A program made the translations under genes and the position numbers. The notes beneath the pieces are model-generated. The model had not been told where the DNA came from. It saw only the letters and a list, made by a program, of their open reading frames with translations, and did not search any database. Shown in pieces: positions 37,613 through 49,688 of a stretch of DNA of 64,000 nt. This DNA is from Tricharina praecox (Eukaryota), in the NCBI RefSeq assembly GCF_024521635.1, contig NW_026250433.1:62001-126000 (forward strand), written 5' to 3'. Each line of letters opens with the position of its first letter. Positions within the stretch are counted from its first letter, which is position 1.

Positions 37613-39236
37613 CTAAACCATGTTCTGCAACATATACTTAATCGCAGCCCAGAATTCTACTTTTCGTCAGCATCACACCTCCCACTCTCACTCTGCCCCG
37701 CCCATTCGACAACTCACCATTCCCGGACGGATAAATCTGATCTGCGGGCAACAAGAACCCATAGCTGCCGGTATCCCTCATCTCAGCGGTGTACGAATAC
37801 TTGATGCCACTAACATCGTACGAGTAATCGACTGACGACCCTGTGGCGGGATAGATGGTATTGCAGATGGGCCCGTATTTGTACGTCGTTCCGTACACGG
37901 CCTTGAGAGCGCCCACCGCGCCTTTGGCTAGGCTCTGCAGCTCTGTGTTCACCGTCGGCAGGACGTCGCAGGTGTAGCCGTAGGCTGCACAGTTGGGTTA
38001 GGTAGCTGGGCGGAGAGAGGGGGGGACGGGGAGGAGGGGACGGACGCGACATCCACAGCTGGCTGTAGGCGTGAATATCCATGTAGAACTTTACGCCCTG
38101 GCGCGCCATCATGCGGTTCTGGAAAGCGGCGAGGGCCTTGAATTCGGGGCTGGAGCCCGCGGAAGCTCCGCGGTAATTTTCGGCGCACGGGTTGGTCGAG
38201 GCGCCGCCGGACACGGCCCAGTGCGAGTCCCAGTTGCGGTTTATGTCCGTGCCGATGCAGGCGCTGCCAGAGCTGGGCATTCGGTTCTTGCGCCAGAGGC
38301 GCGTCGATGTTTGCGTGAAAACGAAGCCTGCGGGGTCAGTGCCGAGTGATGGATGTGATGGGGCGCGGGAGACATACCATCGGGGTTGACTACCGGGAAG
38401 ATGTAGTAGTCGTATTTATCGACAAAGCTCTTGATCTGGGTGGAGTTGTCGTAGTTGCTCAGCAGGGAGTACGCAATGAACTCGGTCACCATCTATGGAA
38501 CGGTACTCTTGTCAGTCCTGGTATGCTGCTGGGTATAAGCAGCTGGCTTACGGTGGTGATCCATTCACGGGCATGCACAGTTCCGTGCAAGATTACCGCC
38601 GGCTTCGATCCTCCGCCGCTTGAGCCGAAGATGTGAAGGCCAGTGATCGGACGTCCTTCGTATGATGTACCCGCAGTCACGAGCTTTGCATTCTTGGGGT
38701 ACTGCGCCACCAGCTGGGAGTAGTACGAGAGGTGGTCGGCGTAGGAGTGGTAGCTGTCGAACCAGGACAGGTCCGCCTGAGTGCCGACTGTTGCTATGTA
38801 GTCAGCCACTGCATTCACATATATACCCTCCCCGGAAAGCCACGCATCCTGAAACGTGACACAGATATAACATACCATCGAAACTCCCCACCCGCATCGA
38901 GCTCTCACTCTCATTCCTAATCGCTGCGCCGAGGTCCTCATGCATCATCGTGTACAGGATCCCGCCGAGGCCCTTCTGAAATGCATCGAACTTCTCTGGC
39001 TCGACCTGAACATCGACCTGCTGCTTGACCTTGAACCCGTGCGTCCACGACTCCAGTCCCAGGCTGTCAATCAACTTCTCGACCTTCTTGGCCTGCGCCT
39101 CCGTGTCGTCGACCTGCACACGCACCACCCGAACGCCGTCGTACGAGACCGGCTCGTTCGGGTCCCGTGGGATAACGGTCGCGAGGGCAGCCGAGGCCAA
39201 GAAAAGGAGCGTGCAGAGGGGTGTGGAAAGCTTCAT
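37613..39236 (-). CDS. Secreted zinc metallocarboxypeptidase, family M14A, 6 exons (39236-38876, 38793-38552, 38492-38378, 38327-38046, 37984-37718, 37656-37613), ~436 aa
   Basis: Signal peptide and propeptide, HAREW, NPDGF, WRKNR, DINRNW, DIHAYSQ and YTAEMRD (catalytic Glu). All splice phases are consistent. Confidence 0.95.
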
Positions 39237-41439
39237 CGTCGAATCGATACCGCTGTGTACACCTAGTCCAGGCACCGGACTGCAGAGCTTTATAGGTGTC
39301 GTGCATTCACTCGAGCATGGTATTACCTACATACCCAGTCCACGAGACCGCATTGATTGCGACGGTTAGAGAGTAGAGTGGCGAACCCCATCGTAGGACA
39401 TTGCCGGATTGTATTGGCCTCCAATAAACGTTGGTGGGGAGCAGCCGAGTGTGCAAGTGTGAAACGGTCGCCACCGTAGAGTACCTGCCTTGGCCCGGCC
39501 TCGAGCTCCTCCTCCGATTGCCGGAATCCTGAATGTGCGACTGGATTGCTCGGGGAATGGAGCATGCACATCCTTCGTCCGTATGGAAATTGGTATATAG
39601 GAGTACGTATACTCTAGTACTGCCGGTATATAGCTGCCCTCAGGGAGTCCAGGCGCTTCCAAACTCCGACGGTGCGGAATGATACTTCCTGATCGTCGGA
39701 TCTTATTTAGGCGCCCTCCACACATGTCGCCTGCCTCACGGGCCACGACCGCGCCCCACCCCTTCAAACGAAACTCCGCCAAACTTCCCCAATCGACGTC
39801 GCGCAATGCCCCGCCACAAAATCCTTGCCCACGGGAATTAACTGCATACGGCATCGGTTCCACCCGTTCGATTCAACGGCCTGCGGACCTGGCGGTGCGC
39901 CCCGCAAATTTGGACCCTAGCCGGAAATGGGGGGCTGCAAGATAACCGTGGATTTAGAATAGAGTACATGGAGTGGATTTGCGCCTGCGGGGTACATATC
40001 TCCCCGGCCGTTGAGATGCTTGCAGGAGGTTGTAGGCGTTGATCTTGCTATAATAAACACATAGAAAGTAGGTACCGGTGGTTAGGAGTTGCTGGAAGGA
40101 GATATATAGAATTTTACTCTCGGTGCAATGGCGTTGCGTGCATACCGTATGGTGGGTAGATATTGTCCGGCCAGTTCTTACAGGAGAGCAGAGTCCATCA
40201 CCACCGAAATCCGGTCAATTTCGTGGCCCTGTCCTGTCCGTCCGGTCGACGCCGCTTTTCTGTTCTGACAAAGCTTTAGTAAGTGTAACTGTGATCTAGC
40301 GATTGCGGCGTCTTCGAGTCGGAGAGCCGAGTAATATACGTACCTAGCTGAGGAGGCGAGCGATTAAGCTTAATTATCGACGATTTCCAATTTTCGAGAG
40401 GTGTAAGTGGACCGTGGGAAGTGAAGCGCACACGCTCCCAACAGCCCTCAGCTTTAGCCCGACTGCTACCTATGTAGGCAGTGACAGTAGGTATTCTGGA
40501 GATGCTTGGACTGCTCCAACCATGTAGCCCGCCGGAAGGCTGCTCAGACCGGCAAGCCTAAGCGGCGGCCGCCCGGCTGTTGTGCGGGTTTTTGGGAACA
40601 CTGGCTACCCATGATAAAATCCGGCTCTAAATCCTTCTAAAGCTTTTTAAAATCCTTGTGATGACTTTCACTTCCGATTGGGGTTGGTGGGGAGAGCGGG
40701 TTGATTGGGATGGCCACAACCCACCGGCATTTCCGAAGGCCGGTGGTGGGTTTTGATAGGAATTGTAAAGGTAGTCCGAGGGGATGGTAAAAGATGTAGT
40801 GGTGGTAGTACTAGCATGTCCTAGGACTTCTGTATTCTTGGAATATACATGTTGGCTGTACCTCAATGGCTGTTAATAACCTCAAGTATATCTGCAGAAC
40901 CCATTGAAGCGTATTTTCCTCTTGCCGGGAGCGCATCACAGCCGCTCACTCTAGCCTCACCTCACGACCCATCGCCGTGGCATTTGCGAACCTTTTTCCG
41001 CATATCTACCCTCCAGCATTAGCTCGCCAAACAGTTCTCCCCAAAAGCCGATCTCCATCCAGCTTCCCGAGGCGCGACAGTTATCCGAGTACCCAAGTGA
41101 CCACGCACGAAGCGAACTCACATCAACATCGTGATTCATATCCTAGCTAAGTGCCTGACCTGCCTCCCACTATTTACCGTGTCTATGTAGATGCGTGAAA
41201 TATTTCCCTCTATGTAAAAGCGCGCCCTTAGCCCACCCTTCGCCCGACCGACCGCCCCGAACCCGTCTGCATAAGTAAACAAAAGATAAGAAAACCCGAA
41301 AATCCCATGGTATCAAAGTACATACAACATCGCGCCAAACACAAGCATAAACACAAACACAGCCACAAACAACACAAGACCGAGATAAATGCCCGAAAAA
41401 AAAGAAGAAAAAATCAAACGCCCGGCCCGTCCCTACGTC

Positions 41440-42768
41440 CTACAGCATCCCGCCGAGGACCTCCCTCGCGACGCCGCCGACCTCTCGCTTGACGCCGTTC
41501 CTCACCGCCTCCTCCCACTCCCTCACGGTGCCAGAAACGACTATCCTTCGGATCTTCGCGTCGGCCTTGAGGAACAGCTCGCCGACGCCGGGGCCGCAGA
41601 GGTTGGGCCCATTGACCAGGCTGAGCACGCGGCTGTACACGTCGATGAGGACGTCGCACAGCGTCGCGAAGGTTTCGAAGTAGTCGGGATCGAACGGGAG
41701 CGCGGGCGTCGCGAGGTACATGTACTCCTCGCCCGGAATGCCGCCCATGGGCGCGGCGGGGAGCGATATCGGCAGCGGAGGTACCGTGTCCTCGCCCGGG
41801 TATGTCGGCGCCGAGATGGTCGGGCCGGACATCGAAGAGTTGCTCGAGCTCCGCGTTCGCTCCAGGCCTAGTGGATCCGGCAGCGACGTGTTCGCCGCTG
41901 AGCTCCCCCGCCGCTGCTTCACAGTGTGCCCTGACCGGTGGAAGAATTTGGGAAGGCTCATGCTGCGCAGTGTTGAATTCCCGCCGCCGCCTCCGTTGCC
42001 GCTTCCGAGGGATATACTCGACGAGTGCGCGCGCGTGGTGAGTTGTCTCGAGGGCGGCAGCGCGATGTGTGTCTCGTACTCTTGCAGGAGCGCATTGAAA
42101 GCGCGCAGGTAGTCGAGGGGGCTCGTCGCGCCGAGCTCGAGGATGCTGGGGAGCGAATTGCCAAGCATGAAGAAGTTTGTCGCCTTCTTCTGTAGCTTCT
42201 TGACGTCGGGGTAGACGAGTTTTTGCAGATCGGCGCGGGGCGTCAGCATCACATTGAAGAAATAAACGCGACCTTCGTGGGCGCGCCGCAGGTAGTCGAG
42301 CGTCGCAATGCGCTTCGTACACGTCTCCTGCACCGTCACGTAGAGTCCGTTGGGGCTCGTGGGCGCGGCGGGGATCGAGCCCATACCGCTCGACGTGGGG
42401 ATCGGCGGCGCCATGCCGGTGTTTGTTCTGGCGAACATCTTTGTTTGCGAGCCGCTCGGCGTCCGAGGATGCGACAACTTGAGGGAGAAAGTGCTGGCGG
42501 CGGACGACGTCAGGTCGGATATTGTCGACGGCGCCGAATTGGAGCTGGTGAGCGAAGGACGACGGGACAGCGGACGACTTCCACTCGACGGTTGCCGCGA
42601 CAGACTGAAGTAGCTTCCTAGGCCTCCGCCGCCGGACGAGGGTGCGGACGTTATTTCGTCGGGAGTTTGCGCGGTATGGACGGACAGCCCCTGAGCGATG
42701 TAGTGTGGAGTAGCGGAGACGGAAGCCTTCCTCTCGCGCATGCTGTTTGAGATTGATGAGGGCAACAT
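41440..42768 (-). CDS. Conserved fungal hypothetical protein, ~442 aa
   Basis: Long GC3-biased ORF with a Ser-rich N-terminus and ordered blocks KRIATLDYLRRAHEGRVYFFN and LPFDPDYFETFATLCDVLIDVY. Divergent from ECT1. The first ATG is at 42768. Confidence 0.8.
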   Translation of the reverse strand: MLPSSISNSMRERKASVSATPHYIAQGLSVHTAQTPDEITSAPSSGGGGLGSYFSLSRQPSSGSRPLSRRPSLTSSNSAPSTISDLTSSAASTFSLKLSHPRTPSGSQTKMFARTNTGMAPPIPTSSGMGSIPAAPTSPNGLYVTVQETCTKRIATLDYLRRAHEGRVYFFNVMLTPRADLQKLVYPDVKKLQKKATNFFMLGNSLPSILELGATSPLDYLRAFNALLQEYETHIALPPSRQLTTRAHSSSISLGSGNGGGGGNSTLRSMSLPKFFHRSGHTVKQRRGSSAANTSLPDPLGLERTRSSSNSSMSGPTISAPTYPGEDTVPPLPISLPAAPMGGIPGEEYMYLATPALPFDPDYFETFATLCDVLIDVYSRVLSLVNGPNLCGPGVGELFLKADAKIRRIVVSGTVREWEEAVRNGVKREVGGVAREVLGGML

Positions 42769-43627
42769 GGCTGTGTGGGATGGGTGGCTATCTATTTCGC
42801 TTGTCCACACCGTCACTTCTCCGTCGCACCCCGAATTGGGCTGATGTTGGAGGTTTGATGCAAGTATCCAGGCCGGGGGGGATATGCAGGAGAGGCGTTG
42901 GAGGTTGTAGTAGCGGTGGTGGGGTTCGGGGGAAGTGAGGTGAGCGTCGCACGGGAGGGGGAGGCTAAGGCAGCGTGGGTGCTAGTAGTGGTGATACTCG
43001 TTGTGGTGGGGATGGGCGAATGGGGGGTTGGGTGGGATGGAGTGTGTTGGTTGGTCGGTTGGTTGGCGATGGAGGCGGCGCGGTGGTGGTGGTGATGATG
43101 ATGACGGTGGTTGGAGAGTTGGAGAGTTGGACGCCGTTTCTTTTGGGGTACGGTAGTTGGGAGAATGTGCTTGTGTGTAATCTACATACACATGCATAGG
43201 CACGACGGCACATGATAGGTAGGGCAACATCGCTCCCGAACTTCATGAAGACTTCTGGACAGCGTGAAGAGTGTTGCCCCTGAAGCTGTCTCTTCTGGGA
43301 ATAGCGTCGGCGAATTAAAGGATGGTGGCCGAAGGTCGAATTGAACACGCATACCGAAGTGCGTGTGTACGCTTCCCCCACCAAAACCCGTTAACAAGCA
43401 AACAACTTCACCCACCATCATCTTCGAAACCAACATCCACACCACCGCCACCGACTCAATTCACCGCTCATCGACCCAAAATCGCGTGACGAACCAAACA
43501 ACCTTCGGAGCCTTCTAGCCTTAATCGCAAACTTCAGCAAACACGAGCTCTCAAAACCCAAGCTTTCAAACCTACCTCCCACCTCCCACCTCCCACCTCA
43601 ACCTTACGCGCTCGCAAACTCTCCACG

Positions 43628-44883
43628 ATGGCGGACGAGCTTCCAAAACACCCACCCCAGGTGGCCATCCCCATGGACGACAAGCGCATCTGGATCGATG
43701 GCTGCTTCGACTTTACGCACCACGGTATGTACATAGATACCAACCCCAGCTTCCCAGATCCCGCACCCCTTTCCCACCTCGGAGCTGACTATGACCCCTC
43801 ACAGGCCACGCTGGCGCCATGCTGCAAGCCAAGCGTCTCGGAAACTACCTATGCGTGGGCACGCACAGCGACGAGGAGATCCTAGCGAACAAGGGGCCGA
43901 CGGTGATGTCGCTGGCGGAGCGGATCCTGGCGGTCTCCGCGTGCCGCTGGGCGAACCTTCCTGTGCCGGGCGCGCCCTACGTCACCGACCCCGCGTGGAT
44001 GGATCTGTACGGGTGTCGCTTCGTAGTGCACGGCGACGACGTGACGACCGACGCGTCGGGCGAGGACTGCTACCGCATCGTCAAGAGCGCGGGGCGCTTC
44101 CGGATCGTGAAACGGACGCCTGGCATCAGCACTACCGATCTCGTCGGCCGCATGCTGCTATGCACCAAGACGCACCACATTAAGGACTTGGGCGCGCTGC
44201 TGCTCGGCAAGGACGGCGAGGACATGCTCGAGATGATGCGCAACTACGCGAGCGATGAGTTTGGCGCCGTGGGCCGTGGTCCCCCCGTGTTGGAGTACAT
44301 GCCGACGGCGCCGCGCAGCTGCCGGACACTCGTGCACGGCCTGATGCCCGCCATGGGCCGCAGGATCATCTACGTCGACGGCGGCTTCGACCTCTTCACT
44401 CCCGGGCACATCGAGTTCCTGCGCCTGGTCAAGAAGGAGGCGACGGCGGCCGGCGAGAGCGAACCGTACATCGTTGCCGGGCTGCACAGCGACCGCGTTA
44501 TCAACTACTGGAAGGGGCTTAATTATCCCATCATGTCGTTGTTTGAGCGGGCGATGTGTGTGCTGCAGTGCCGCTTCATCGACGCCCTCGTGCTCGAGGC
44601 GCCGTTCATTCCCGACGCCGAGTTCCTGGACGCCATCGGCGAGACGTTCGGCGGCGAGCTCGAGGCGGTCTACCACGGCCCCACCGCCTTTATGGAGGGC
44701 GAGGAGGACACCTACCAGGAGGCCAAGGAGCGCGGCATCTACCGAGAAGTCGGCTCTCACCGCTGGGCAGACGTCAACGCGGGTGTCATTGTCCGACGGA
44801 TCCTGAACGAGCGCGAACGCTACGAGGAGCGCCAACGGAAGAAGGGCTTCAAGGCGGAAATGGAGGTCGTCATGACAAACTAG
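43628..44883 (+). CDS. ECT1: Ethanolamine-phosphate cytidylyltransferase, 2 exons (43628-43724, 43805-44883), ~391 aa
   Basis: Two cytidylyltransferase domains: WIDGCFDFTHHGHAGA..RTPGISTTDLVGRML and YVDGGFDLFTPGHIEFL..NYPIMSLFER. Confidence 0.95.
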
Positions 44884-45274
44884 ACGGACGGCGGCATAGC
44901 GATACCACATTCACTTCTCTGTAGCGCTTCTTCTTCTCGTATCATATCGGGTTTAATCTCAACATAGACATCCCCCCTTGGAGCGTATTCAACCTGCCCC
45001 CGCCTGCTATTTCTCTCCCGCGATGGTCAGATGCGCTTGTCGTCTGCATTAGAGTTAGAGTACATACCATTTTGTAATTCCTAGATTTCCTTGATGGCCT
45101 ACCATCATCCCGTTTCTGTTTTTGTTTCCGTTCACGTAGAGTATGATACCTAGAATAGACATCTCAACAGCAAACACCATATCAATTCCAGTCCATAACT
45201 CAAACACCACAAGCCCCAAAGCCTGCCTGTCTGCCTACTCATAACGCAAAGCCAAACACACGCATCACGAGAAT

Positions 45275-46016
45275 TCACTCGCGCATCACCACCACCCCCA
45301 CCACGAGCACATACACCCCCACCGCCAGCAACCCCACCCACCCGGCCCTACCCACGCGCACACCCCTACCTACCCCAGCAGTCTTCTCCCCTCCCCCCTC
45401 TCCCCGCACATCCGCCCCAATCGGCGCGCCCTGCACCCCCGTCGGCACCCCCTCTCCCCCGGCCGCTGTAACCACGTAGTTCTCATACCCCCCCTCCCCC
45501 CCACCATCCCCCTCCAACGGCCCCCCGCCAGGCACACACCCCCTCACCGCGCACCTGGAGCCCCAGGGACAACACCCGCCATTTGCGGCGGCGGGGCAGG
45601 GGTATGTTCCTTGTGGACACTGCAGGTACAGTCGTTCACCGCCGGCGCCGTCCTCGTTGTGGGAGGAGTAGTCGGCGCCGCAGGGTGGTGCAATGCAGCA
45701 GAATACGCCCGCTAGCGAGTGGGTGGTTGCGGTGCAGGTGTGGGAGGGGGGGCAGCAGATTTCCTGGATGGGTGGAGGGTTAGCTTGAAGCTGGAGGGGG
45801 AGCGTGAGGGGCAGGAGGGGTGGGGGGAGGGGGGCAGCTGGAGGGGGAGTGGGGAGGGGGAGAGGGAAAGGGATGGGGGGCAGACTGGGGAAGTGGGGAG
45901 AAGGGGGGGAAGGGGGGCGTACAGCGTGGCCCAGGGAAGAGCAGGAGGAGCTATTGGCTGGACACTCCGGTTCGGGCTCGGGTTCGAGTTCGGGCTTAGG
46001 CTCAAGCTCAGGTTCA

Positions 46017-46049
<33 letters not shown>

Positions 46050-46312
46050 GGGAGTGCTGAGCGGGGGAGTAGGGCGTGGTGGTGGCGGTGACGGTGGATG
46101 TGTGGTGGTGGGAGGAGCGGGAGAAGCGGTTTGTAGCCTAGATTGTTCAGGTTGGCGGGGGTGCGGTGGGTGAAGATGGGCGCGGGCGTGGGCGCCGTGG
46201 GCGCCGTGCTCGTGGTTGTGATGGCGGTGCTGAGGGTGATGAGGGTGCTGAGGGTGCTGAGGGTGCTGAGGGTGCTGAGGAAAAGCGAGAGAATAGCGAG
46301 TGGTGGGAGCAT
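45275..46312 (-). CDS. Secreted Cys-rich protein with C-terminal hydrophobic (GPI/TM) anchor; intron 45922-45764, ~292 aa
   Basis: Signal peptide, (EP)n tract, CP..C..ICCP..C..FCC and CP..CPAAANGGCCP.G..C motifs, and a hydrophobic tail. The Pro-rich insert in the track ORF is a 159-nt in-frame intron (GTACGC..GCTAAC..CAG). Confidence 0.75.
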
Positions 46313-46466
46313 TGCTGGCTAACAATGTTGACGGATGAATGGGCGGTGTGAAGGTGATGTTGGAACTTGGAACGAGGGATGAGGTACAAGGCTGGGGGCG
46401 AGATTCATGGTCTATCACGCGTGTTGCTACGACACCAGGTATCACTCTTTAAATCCACTTGCCCAC

Positions 46467-46501
46467 TAAGGCCGTATGCGACAATAAATTGACGTTCTCT
46501 C
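46467..46501 (+). repeat. Short dispersed repeat, copy 2
   Basis: TAAGGCCGTATGCGACAATAAATTGACGTTCTCTC differs from copy 1 by 2 transitions over the shared core. Confidence 0.6.
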
Positions 46502-47087
46502 GTTCACCCGCTCACTTCACGACACCATTCACACCATTCACACCCGAAAAGACCACCTCGATGATGCATCAATCATTACTATTAAACCTAGAGAATGCCA
46601 TCATACGGTAGATGATGATACTGATACAACTTCCGGAACCGCACAACATCCATATCCACAGCAGCTCGCCAGTCAGCCAGTCATCTGTCCTATCCTGTCC
46701 ATCCAAACCAAACCAAACATCAACCCCAAATCCAATCCCCCCGCCTTATTCACACCAAAAACGAAAGGCAGAAATTGTAAGAGTATACAAACAAAAACGA
46801 CTGGTATCAATCAAAATGCCAAACAGCTACCAGATAGGTACAAAAAAAACCGACAAGCCGCATCTCTAACCACAGCGGAAAAATCTCCACGAGAAAAAAA
46901 AAAGGCCCCCTCCCACCCCCACCCCAGCCCCCCCGAAAATGCAGGAAAAAACGTAGAAACAATGCAGATATCAAAAAACTCCGTTAAAGAAACACCCCTC
47001 CGAGTTCGCCAAGAAAGTGTGGGCAAAAAAAATGATAATGAAAAAGTGAAAGACAAAAAGAGAATGATTCCAAAACATAGGTCGATA

Positions 47088-49688
47088 TTACGTAGCCGAA
47101 GTTTTATTCTTGAACAATGCCTCGAGCTCTTTGCTCACGGGAGCTTGTCCCTGATTCCACTCCTCGACAGCCTCCTTTGTTGAGCGGATCGCGGTGGAGG
47201 AGGGCGCGGCGTCCTCGTTGCCTATCCTGGCCCGCTTGTCCAGTCCCTGTGGTGGGCTGCTTCCTCCTCCGCCTCCCCTATACGTGCGCTCCGAAGTCGA
47301 ATTTCTCGCATCGCCGACCATCCTGCCTCCTACCGGCCCGAGCTCCGGGGTGGACAAGAGATCCCGCCAAGACCATGACGAACCTTTGAAGGGTAGCCAT
47401 TCGACGCCCACGGTTGGATGTTTGAGGAGCATCGTGATGTCAGTGATCAATTGTTTTCCGGAGGTGCCGAGTGATCCGTTTTCCGGATGGTGGTGGTGGG
47501 GGGGATGGGAATGGATTCGTGCTACTAGAGCAGAGATGAACGGTCTCAGCATGGCACGGAAGAAGCGGGCCATATCTTGTGTCTCGGGAAGAGCACTCAG
47601 GTCGTCGATGATGCGCGAAACCCTATCCAAGAGGCCCTCGTTGTGACGGAGCTCGGCAGAACCCTCCGGCTGAAGCGAAAGATGCAGCAACACGGTTACC
47701 GCAGCGGCAAAGAACACACCCAGCACCGCACGACATGAGCGAACATCTCGAACGTCGGAATCGTGATCAACAAAAACTGCTAGCGGCGAGGTGTTGGAAG
47801 AGGACAGTGATATCGGTGCCACAAGGGCGTGGACGTGACTAAGTGCATTGATGGCTGCGTCGATGCAGCCTTCCGCGTACTGCAGGTCATCCAGCTCGTT
47901 CTTGCGACTGCCAGCTGCAGTCTCCCGTCGAGATTGAGCCGTGTCGCGTGGGAGATCTCCTCGTTCAATGGCACGGATGAGCGGGAACCGAGACAGCAAT
48001 ATTATCGAGCCAAAGTATTCGATGTGCGTGAGTCTTATGTTGGCTTTCTGAAGCGCATCGTTATTGATATCAAACGTCGATGAGTCCGGAATGAAGGTTC
48101 GGGGCTGCGCGCGATACCACGTGTACAGGATCGAGAGTCTCGCGGCGATATTGGCCTCCGCTGGGTCCGGAGAGGAAGGGTGCAAGGGAGACAGGTGTGG
48201 GAACAGGTTCTCCCACAGCAACTGCGTCAATCTTATCAAGTCGGTAGCAACTTTTGAATCATTTGGACGGGAGCGTGCGAATATGGCCTGCTGCGCTGTC
48301 AGATTTTACCCTCCCACCCCGAAATGTGAGGGGAATAATGTGTAACCTACATTGACCGGACTCTGGCCTCCAGAACCGGAGGAAGGTCCACTGGGCGAAG
48401 AAATACGGCTGAAGCCGATACTCCTCTTGCGGCCTCCGAGGTGCGCACTCACCCAAGGCGGTAGCTCCACGCCGTTGCCCGACGCTATCGATCCTGTCCT
48501 CGATCTCGATGACGGTTGCGGAGGAAACGGTTGCGGCGGCACAATTTCACCCCGGAGCGAAGTGATATCGACCGCGGTGTGCACATAACCCGACTCCTTC
48601 GAGACCGACTCGCCCAGCACCCACCGAATCGAACCGTCGGAGAGTACAAAGCGGTATTCCATACGCCTCGTCTTGCCGTCCACGAGGCGAATATTATGGC
48701 TCACACGTTCCCTATCCTGATAGTGAACCGCACCGACCCACCCAGGATCCATCTCCACCGCCATCCGGCTGAGACCCGAAACCTCCAAGAACCTGTCGTT
48801 GAAGAAGTAATCCGTGATTCCATCATTCGTCGTGGCGGCCATGATGCCGACAGGCAACAGGTTGATATGCGACACCGAACCGTCCCGTTCCTGGACCTGT
48901 ATGGCATCCGTCGACCTCGAGCCGAAATGATCTAAGGTCGCCCTCAAAGTAGTCTCGACGGCAGCTCTGCGTCCCATCTCCGCCTCCAATCGCAAGTTCT
49001 TCTGCTGAAGCATAGCAAGAACCATAGGTTGATCCTCCGGCTTCCCAAACACCTTCCCACTTGTGGCCTCCTCGGCGGGTGTTACGTGCGAATGCGACCG
49101 GCAAATCCTCTGAAACACATCCTCCAAACCGTCTTTCGCGAAGACATTCAAGTTGTACCCGCAGAGCAATGCGGCATCCTTCCCCGCAAGGAACGTTTCC
49201 CAGACCTCCTCGAGCTCATGTGCCTGCTCGTGCTCACCGTTTTCGCAGAGGATGTTGACCAACTCCCCGTAAACCAGCAGTCTCGGATAGCGCTTCTGCA
49301 GCTTCTGGAAGAGCGGCGTGAAGAAGTCGAAGAATATCTTTTCCTCCACCTTCCCATTGGGCATCAGCTGTTTCAGGATGACTTCGGCTGGCGCGAGAAA
49401 CATCTGCTCTCTTTTCCGCAACAGCTCGGGCACCAGGTTCTGTTGTCGCAGATACAGATCGAGTGCCTCGAGATGGGCTTTCGTCGCCACGATGACGGCG
49501 GCATGCTCATTGCTGAAGAAACTCGGGAGGATAAAGCTCGAAATTGCGTCGAAGAGGGAGTCCTCGCCGTTGTAGAACTGAATCAGATGCTCATTTGGAC
49601 TGCGCGGATGGTTGTGATTATGGTGGGCATGGTGGTGGTGGCCGTGGCTATGTGGTTGAGGAGTGCCCGCTGGGCGAGCTGGAGGCAT
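47088..49688 (-). CDS. MEDS + coiled coil + PAS domain protein fused to a fungal transcription-factor middle-homology-like region, 2 exons (49688-48351, 48290-47088), ~846 aa
   Basis: MEDS-like HLIQFY..VIVATKAH..YGELVNILC..ELEEVW..LLCGY..ICRSHSHV. PAS-like NDRFLEVSG..WVGAVHYQDRERV..EYRFVLSDGSIRWV..DIT. A phase-0 intron GTAGGT..CTGAC..CAG links the two ORFs with no stop. The C-part (L..WY..P, IEYFGSIILLSRFP, CIDAA, FFAAAVTVLL) resembles fungal_TF_MHR. Confidence 0.8.

Noticed and set aside
39666..39672. CCGACGG PrtT-like site upstream of the carboxypeptidase
   Set aside because: One short match, and PrtT is known mainly from Aspergillus/Penicillium.
46467..46485. Minus-strand GCATACGGCCTTAG resembling a 5S rRNA start
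   Set aside because: The similarity does not extend and no internal 5S boxes follow.
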